Below, in pieces: positions 58,143 to 64,000 of a stretch of DNA of 64,000 nucleotides. Numbering within the stretch: position 1 is the first letter of the stretch; each line of letters opens with the position of its first letter. The stretch comes from Bacillota bacterium (GTDB taxonomy: Bacteria; Bacillota_I; Bacilli_A; RF39; UBA660), in the NCBI GenBank assembly GCA_023391185.1, contig JAEWBI010000045.1, positions 786 through 64,785 on the forward strand, given 5' to 3'. A program made the position numbers and the translations under genes. Below the pieces are notes generated by a model. It was given only the letters and a program-made list of their open reading frames with translations, searched no databases and was not told the DNA's origin.

Positions 58143-59540
58143 ATGAGATTATATAATACATTAACAAGAGAAATAGAAGATTTTAAACCAATTAATGATA
58201 AAGAAGTTACTATGTATACATGTGGTCCTACTGTTTATCACTTTGCACATATAGGTAATTTAAGATCTTATATATGTGAAGATATACTAGAAAAGTCATT
58301 AAATTATTTAGGTTATAATGTTAAAAGATGTATGAATATTACAGATGTTGGACATTTAAGTAGTGATTCTGATAGTGGTGAAGATAAAATGCTTAAAGGT
58401 GCTGTTAGAGAACATAAATCAGTTCTTGAAATTGCGTCATACTATACTGAAGCATTTAAAGAAGATTGTAAAAAACTTAATATAACTTGGCCTAAAATAG
58501 TTTCATCAGCAACTGATAATATACACGAATATATTAAGATAATTACAGAATTGTTAGAGACAAACCATGCTTATATAGCTGGTGGTAATGTATATTTTGA
58601 TACATCAAAGTTAAAAGACTACTATGTACTTACTAACCATAAAGAAGATGAAATGGTTGTAGGTGTAAGAGATGGCGTTGAAGAAGATAATAATAAGAGA
58701 AATCAAGCGGATTTTGTTCTTTGGTTCACCAAATCAAAGTTTGCTGATCAGGAACTTAAATGGGAAAGTCCATGGGGATATGGATATCCAGGATGGCATA
58801 TTGAATGTTCTGGTATTTCACTTAAATATTTAGGTGAATATCTAGATATTCATTGTGGTGGTGTTGATAATATTTTTCCTCATCATACTAATGAAATTGC
58901 TCAGTCTGAAAGTTATTTAGGTCATAGATGGTGTAATCACTGGTTTCATGTTGAACATTTAAATGATAGTACTGGTAAAATGAGTAAATCAAAAGGGGAG
59001 TTTTTAACTGTTTCTTTACTAGAAGAAAAAGGTTATAGTCCTCTTGCATATCGTTTAATGTGCATGCAGTCACATTATCGTAAACAATTATTATTTACAT
59101 ATGATGCTTTAGATAATGCAACCAGTGCTTATAATAAATTATTAAGTAAAATTAAAAACTTAAAAGATAATAAAGAAGGTAAAATTGAAGGAACTGATGA
59201 TTATATAGAGCAATTCAAAAATTCATTAGCCGATGACTTAAATACTGCTACTTCTTTAACAATACTATATGATGTACTAAAAAGTGATTTAAATAGTAAT
59301 TCTAAGTTATATGTAGTTTCTGAATTTGATAAGGTATTATCATTAAATTTACTTGATGATAATATAGTAGAAATTAATAAAGATACTAAAAAGTATATAG
59401 ATGAAATGATTGAAAAAAGAAATATTGCTAAAAGAGAAAAAGACTTTACTTTAGCCGATGAAATTAGAGATGAATTAGCTAGTAAAAATATCTTTATTAA
59501 AGATACTAGAGAAGGAACTACTTACGAGATAAGAGATTAA
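58143..59540 (+). CDS. cysS: cysteine--tRNA ligase
   Basis: Class I motifs HIGN and KMSKS. Zn ligands. C-terminal DALR-like domain. Confidence 0.93.
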   Translation: MRLYNTLTREIEDFKPINDKEVTMYTCGPTVYHFAHIGNLRSYICEDILEKSLNYLGYNVKRCMNITDVGHLSSDSDSGEDKMLKGAVREHKSVLEIASYYTEAFKEDCKKLNITWPKIVSSATDNIHEYIKIITELLETNHAYIAGGNVYFDTSKLKDYYVLTNHKEDEMVVGVRDGVEEDNNKRNQADFVLWFTKSKFADQELKWESPWGYGYPGWHIECSGISLKYLGEYLDIHCGGVDNIFPHHTNEIAQSESYLGHRWCNHWFHVEHLNDSTGKMSKSKGEFLTVSLLEEKGYSPLAYRLMCMQSHYRKQLLFTYDALDNATSAYNKLLSKIKNLKDNKEGKIEGTDDYIEQFKNSLADDLNTATSLTILYDVLKSDLNSNSKLYVVSEFDKVLSLNLLDDNIVEINKDTKKYIDEMIEKRNIAKREKDFTLADEIRDELASKNIFIKDTREGTTYEIRD

Positions 59541-59583
59541 AAAGATAACATTTAATGTTATCTTTTCTATATAGGAGGATTAT

Positions 59584-60456
59584 ATGGATGGAGTAATAAT
59601 AGTAGATAAACCTATAAATTATACAAGTAGAGATGTCGTAAATATAATTGGTAAGAAATATCATACAAAAAAAGTAGGGCATACAGGTACATTAGATCCT
59701 TTAGCAACAGGTGTACTTGTTATTTGTATTAATAGAGCTACTAAAATAGTGGAGTTATTAACTAGCTATGATAAGGAATATATTGCTACATTTAAGTTTG
59801 GTGTTTTAACAGACACTCTAGATATTTTAGGTAATGTTATTAAAGATGAAACATGTATACTAGAAAAGTCTGATATTAGTCATGCTATGAAGCAAATAGA
59901 GGGTACTTATATGCAAGAAGTTCCTATATATTCAGCAGTTAAAATTAATGGCAAAAAATTATATGATTATGCAAGAGAAGGACTAGAAGTTGAACTTCCA
60001 AAACATGAAGTTAGTATTTCAAATCTTGAACTTCTGGATTTTAAAATTGAAGATAATCATACGGTAGTAACTATGAAATGCCATGTAAGTAAAGGTACAT
60101 ATATAAGAAGCTTAGGTAACGATATAGCAAACATTTTAGGCACAAATGCTATAATGACTGCATTAAGAAGAACTAAACAAGGCCATTTTACTATCGAAAA
60201 TAGTCGGAAAATAGATGATATAACAGAAACAACTAGTTTAATAAGTATAGGTGAATGTTTATCTATGTATAAAAAAGAAATAGCTAGTATATCCCTAGAA
60301 GAAGATATATTAAACGGTAAAATAATTGACAATTTATATGGCGAGGAAAATATATTATTTATGGATGAGGATAATAATCCAATTGCGTTATATACTAGTT
60401 ATAGTAAGGATATTTCTAAACTAAAACCTTGGAAAATGTTTAAACATAGAGTGTAA
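59584..60456 (+). CDS. truB: tRNA pseudouridine(55) synthase
   Basis: GHTGTLDPLATGVL with the catalytic Asp. PUA-like C-terminus. Confidence 0.92.
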   Translation: MDGVIIVDKPINYTSRDVVNIIGKKYHTKKVGHTGTLDPLATGVLVICINRATKIVELLTSYDKEYIATFKFGVLTDTLDILGNVIKDETCILEKSDISHAMKQIEGTYMQEVPIYSAVKINGKKLYDYAREGLEVELPKHEVSISNLELLDFKIEDNHTVVTMKCHVSKGTYIRSLGNDIANILGTNAIMTALRRTKQGHFTIENSRKIDDITETTSLISIGECLSMYKKEIASISLEEDILNGKIIDNLYGEENILFMDEDNNPIALYTSYSKDISKLKPWKMFKHRV

Positions 60457-60570
60457 AAGAAGTTACAAGTAACATTGTAACTTCTTTTAAAAACTCTTTT
60501 ATATTTAATAAAAGTATGTTATAATTTATATATATAAAATAGAGTAAAAGGGAATTGGCAGGTGCTACAT

Positions 60571-62862
60571 ATGCAAAATAAGCCTATATACGTATGGCCA
60601 TTTATACTAGTTTATAGAGTTGTAATAATAATTCTAAAACTACCACTGGCTGTAATACATTATTTTTTAATGGGATTCTTTTTTTCGATATATACGTTAA
60701 TAGAAGTATTTGTTGATTTAGGAATATTTATTTCATTTGTTTGGTGGAGTTTCTTAAAATATTTATTTTTAGGAATATCTTTTCCATTCGTATTTGTTGC
60801 AAGAATTTTAAAAAACAAGAAAGTTTCTCCTCATAAAGAAAAAACTATTTTGTTTGAAAAAACTAAGGAAAAACCTAAGAAGAACAATATAATAAAACTA
60901 AAAACAGAACCAGCTAAGGCTGCAAGTACAGCTACTGCTGTACTTAATACAGGTCAACTTCGCAAGAAAGAAAATAGCAAAGAAGAAACTTTGAAAGTTG
61001 ATAAGGAACTTAAGAGATTAAAACAAGTTGCTGATAAAGAAGCTGCTATTCATGCTAAAAAGATGGAACAACTTCGCAAAAAAGAAGAAATTAAAGCTGC
61101 AAAAGAAAAAGCCCAATTAGATAAAATAACAAAGAAAAAGGCTTTAGAAGAAGAAGCTAAGAAAAAACAAGAGGCAGCCGAAGAATTAAAAGAACAACAA
61201 AGGTTGATGCGTGAATATAAGCGTAAACAAGAATATGATGCTGCTTTAGAAAAAAAGAAAAAATCAGAAGCTATTTCGCAACCAAAGAAAGAAAAAGTAA
61301 AGAGTATAGCTTTAACTAAAAAAGAAGAGGCTAGGGCTGCAAAGCAAAAATTAAAGCAAGAAAAGATTCAGCGTAGGAAAGAACTAGCAGCTGAAAAGAA
61401 AAAACTAAAAGAAAAAAATACTTATATTAACGATAAAGTTGTTATTGAAAAGAAAACACTTGGAGACCGAATTAATTCGGGATTAGAAACTCTTATAAAA
61501 GTTCCAAAAATGTTTTCTCAAAAAATCAAAAAAAGTTTTACTGATTCTTCTTTTGCAAGAAATAAGCGTAATCAGGAAGACATGCATCGTGAGGCTTTAC
61601 TTATTGACTTTGAAAGTGATGACGCTAAGAAAAGTGATAAGAAGATTGTTTATGAATATGTTGGTAAAAATGCCGAAGGTAAATTAATTAAATCATATTT
61701 TGAAGCCTTTTCCAAGGTGGAAGTACATTCATTCTTATTAAGCGAAGGTTTTGAAGTATATAGTATCAAGACAAGTCCTTTAATTACATTTTTGCATGGT
61801 GCTAAGCAGTCAAGAAATGTAAAATTTAAAGTTAAAGACTTAATATTTTTCTTGACACAGTTATCAACTTATATTAAAGCTGGTATTCCGCTTGTTGAAT
61901 CACTTAGAATTTTAAGTAGACAATTTCCTCAAAAAGGATATCAAAAAGTATTTAGATCTTTAATTTATGATTTAACAATGGGTGACAATTTTAGTGTTGC
62001 TTTAGAGAAGCAAGGAACTGCTTTTCCAAAATTACTCGTAAATATGATTAAAACTTCTGAAATGACTGGAGAACTTCCAGAAACACTTGACGATATGCAA
62101 GTTTATTTTGAAGAGGCAGAAAAGACAAAGAAACAAATGATTACTGCTCTTACTTATCCAACAATAGTGTTTGTACTTGCTGTTGGAGCAATTACTTTCA
62201 TTATGATATATATAGTTCCACAATTTGCAGGAATATATGCTGATATGGATAATGCTAAGTTACCAGGAATTACTGTTGCAATAATGAATTTAAGTGATTT
62301 CTTGAAAAATTACTGGATATATGTAATAGCAACAATATTTGGAGCTATATTTATATTCGTCTATTTATATAAAAATGTAAAACTATTTAGAACACTTATT
62401 CAGTGGTTTATGATGAAATTACCTATTATAGGTAATGTAATTATTTATAATGAAGTTACAATGTTTACTAAAACATTTGCTTCACTTTTAAAACACAATG
62501 TATTTATTACTGATACAATGGAAATTTTAAATAAAATTACAAATAATGAGATTTGGAAAATGCTTATTTTAGACACAATTACAAACTTGGCAAAGGGAGA
62601 AAAAATTTCACTTGCTTTCCAAGATCATTGGGCTGTACCAATACCCGCATATGAAATGATAGTTACTGGAGAACGTACTGGTCAATTACCAGAAATGATG
62701 CAAAAGGTTTCAGATTATTATCAAGAACTTCATAAAAATGCGGTTGGTAGGATTAAAGCTTTTATTGAACCAATACTAATCTTGTTCCTAACTGGGGCTG
62801 TTGGTGTTATTGTTCTTTCTATAGTAATTCCAATGTTTGACATGTATAATCAACTAGGATAA
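60571..62862 (+). CDS. type II secretion system F family platform protein (PilC/ComGB-like) with a ~355-aa N-terminal extension
   Basis: Residues ~360-763 are a canonical double T2SSF domain (YEYVGKNAEGK..., GIPLVESL, MIKTSEMTGELP, GERTGQLP). Residues 1-85 are hydrophobic and residues ~90-290 are K/E-rich. Confidence 0.85.
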   Translation: MQNKPIYVWPFILVYRVVIIILKLPLAVIHYFLMGFFFSIYTLIEVFVDLGIFISFVWWSFLKYLFLGISFPFVFVARILKNKKVSPHKEKTILFEKTKEKPKKNNIIKLKTEPAKAASTATAVLNTGQLRKKENSKEETLKVDKELKRLKQVADKEAAIHAKKMEQLRKKEEIKAAKEKAQLDKITKKKALEEEAKKKQEAAEELKEQQRLMREYKRKQEYDAALEKKKKSEAISQPKKEKVKSIALTKKEEARAAKQKLKQEKIQRRKELAAEKKKLKEKNTYINDKVVIEKKTLGDRINSGLETLIKVPKMFSQKIKKSFTDSSFARNKRNQEDMHREALLIDFESDDAKKSDKKIVYEYVGKNAEGKLIKSYFEAFSKVEVHSFLLSEGFEVYSIKTSPLITFLHGAKQSRNVKFKVKDLIFFLTQLSTYIKAGIPLVESLRILSRQFPQKGYQKVFRSLIYDLTMGDNFSVALEKQGTAFPKLLVNMIKTSEMTGELPETLDDMQVYFEEAEKTKKQMITALTYPTIVFVLAVGAITFIMIYIVPQFAGIYADMDNAKLPGITVAIMNLSDFLKNYWIYVIATIFGAIFIFVYLYKNVKLFRTLIQWFMMKLPIIGNVIIYNEVTMFTKTFASLLKHNVFITDTMEILNKITNNEIWKMLILDTITNLAKGEKISLAFQDHWAVPIPAYEMIVTGERTGQLPEMMQKVSDYYQELHKNAVGRIKAFIEPILILFLTGAVGVIVLSIVIPMFDMYNQLG

Positions 62863-62880
62863 TCAAAAGAGGGGGTATTT

Positions 62881-63645
62881 ATGGAATTATATTATGGAAT
62901 TGTTATGCTTATATTTGGAACCATATTTGGTTCCTTTTACAACGTAGTAGGAGATAGATTACCTGATGGTAAGTCAATAGTAAAACCTGGCAGTCATTGT
63001 CCAAAATGTGGACATATGCTTAAACCAATTGAGCTAATACCGGTTTTATCTTATATTATGCAAGGTGGAAAATGCAAGAAATGTAAATGTAGAGTACCGA
63101 TATTTCATCCATTATTTGAGATATTTGTAGGTCTATTATTTCTTGGATGTTATTTATCCTTTGGTATCAGTACCAATCTAATAATTGCTCTAACATTTGC
63201 CTCAATGCTTGCAATATTAATAGTGAGTGATTATTATTATATGATTATACCAGATGAGGTATTAATAGTTTTTGGAATATTATTATTAATAGAGACTTTT
63301 GCAATATCAGGTCTAAGTGTTACATTAACATCTATATTAAATGGTGCAATAGCATTTGTTTGTATGTTTGGAATAAAAAAGTTTGGAGATTTTCTATTTA
63401 AAACAGATTCAATGGGTGGTGGTGACATTAAGTTATTATTCTTCTTTGGGTTTGTTCTAGGATGGGAAATGTCTATATTTTCAATATTTATAGGCTCTTT
63501 AATAGGATTACCAATATCCTTAATTACTTTAAAAGTTAAAAAAACAAACATAATTCCTTTTGGACCGTTTTTATCATTTGGAGCACTTATTATAATGTTA
63601 ACACATTTTGATATGGCGTCTCTTATAAGTATGTTATTAAGTTAA
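62881..63645 (+). CDS. pilD: prepilin peptidase (A24 family, PilD/ComC)
   Basis: N-terminal Cys4 (CPKCGH...CKKCKC). Catalytic Asp contexts IVSDYYYMIIPD and GGGDIKL. Confidence 0.9.
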   Translation: MELYYGIVMLIFGTIFGSFYNVVGDRLPDGKSIVKPGSHCPKCGHMLKPIELIPVLSYIMQGGKCKKCKCRVPIFHPLFEIFVGLLFLGCYLSFGISTNLIIALTFASMLAILIVSDYYYMIIPDEVLIVFGILLLIETFAISGLSVTLTSILNGAIAFVCMFGIKKFGDFLFKTDSMGGGDIKLLFFFGFVLGWEMSIFSIFIGSLIGLPISLITLKVKKTNIIPFGPFLSFGALIIMLTHFDMASLISMLLS

Positions 63646-63667
63646 TATACTATTTTTATTAACAAAA

Positions 63668-63692
63668 AAAGATGATAATATATCATCTTTTT
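63668..63692. terminator. bidirectional terminator
   Basis: AAAGATGATA-ATA-TATCATCTTT flanked by an A-run and a T-run. Confidence 0.8.
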
Positions 63693-63696
63693 ATTA

Positions 63697-64000
63697 TTAA
63701 CTATTTATTTCAGGTATTCCAGAAACAGCACCTGTATTTACAGTTTGATTTGTTGTATCAATACCAGGCATTAATGTATTTGGTGTAATAACTTCTGCTG
63801 ATGGAACAACATTAACTGGGTTAGCATATACTTGTTGAACTGGTTGTTGTATTACTTGTCCTGCCACACCTGGTATAACATTTGCATTAGCATATGGACT
63901 TATTGGTACTTCAGTAATTACTTGAGTAGGTTGCATATATGGATCTATTACTGGAGTATTATTAACTATTGGAATATTATTAATAGCATCACTAGCTGTA
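63697..64000 (-). CDS. P/V/Q/N-rich low-complexity protein, C-terminal part (5' end outside the window)
   Basis: The reading frame stays open from the track ATG at 63936 up to nt 64000 (..TASDAINNIPIVNNTPVIDPYMQPTQ..). Confidence 0.5.
   Translation of the reverse strand, partial: TASDAINNIPIVNNTPVIDPYMQPTQVITEVPISPYANANVIPGVAGQVIQQPVQQVYANPVNVVPSAEVITPNTLMPGIDTTNQTVNTGAVSGIPEINS

Overview
This 64-kb window is a strongly AT-rich chromosome segment that uses the standard genetic code (TGA acts as a stop, e.g. 20634-20636). It looks like a low-GC Bacillota-type bacterium with an Erysipelotrichia/Mollicutes-like flavour: GGTGAT-type Shine-Dalgarno sites, TGnTATAAT extended -10 promoters, a ~980-aa SMC and an archaeal-type AspRS. 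The backbone is housekeeping and partly syntenic with Bacillus subtilis: ftsK; parE-plsC-parC; lexA divergent from a small SOS gene, then tkt and yneF; tgt; RNase J; miaB; helD; comN-secDF; relA-dtd; T-box-hisS-aspS, a 6S-like RNA and tcdA; smc; two tRNAs; cysS; truB. The unusual content is as follows. (1) An Asp-specifier T-box leader, a paralogous copy of the hisS-aspS leader, sits in front of a 786-aa ClpX-like AAA+ protein with a ~400-aa unrecognisable N-terminal region. (2) Five dispersed, monocistronic prepilin-type genes are present. Four are 'modular pilins' carrying large passenger domains (Ig-like repeats plus a lectin-like tip, BspA-type LRR, an unknown beta-rich module). A GspF/PilC platform protein with a ~355-aa membrane and K/E-rich extension and a prepilin peptidase are also present, but no adjacent assembly ATPase. 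(3) A tandem duplicated two-gene module encodes a membrane-anchored peptidoglycan hydrolase plus a lipoprotein, with the catalytic domain swapped (M23 vs NlpC/P60). (4) A perfect LexA box lies inside the promoter of an untracked 45-codon membrane-peptide gene divergent from lexA. (5) A 15-codon upstream ORF with tandem Cys codons precedes a T-box-less cysS. (6) The RNase J homologue has several metal-ligand substitutions. I saw no transposase, integrase, CRISPR array or rRNA. All family and domain calls come from motif recognition by eye; no database search or folding program was run.
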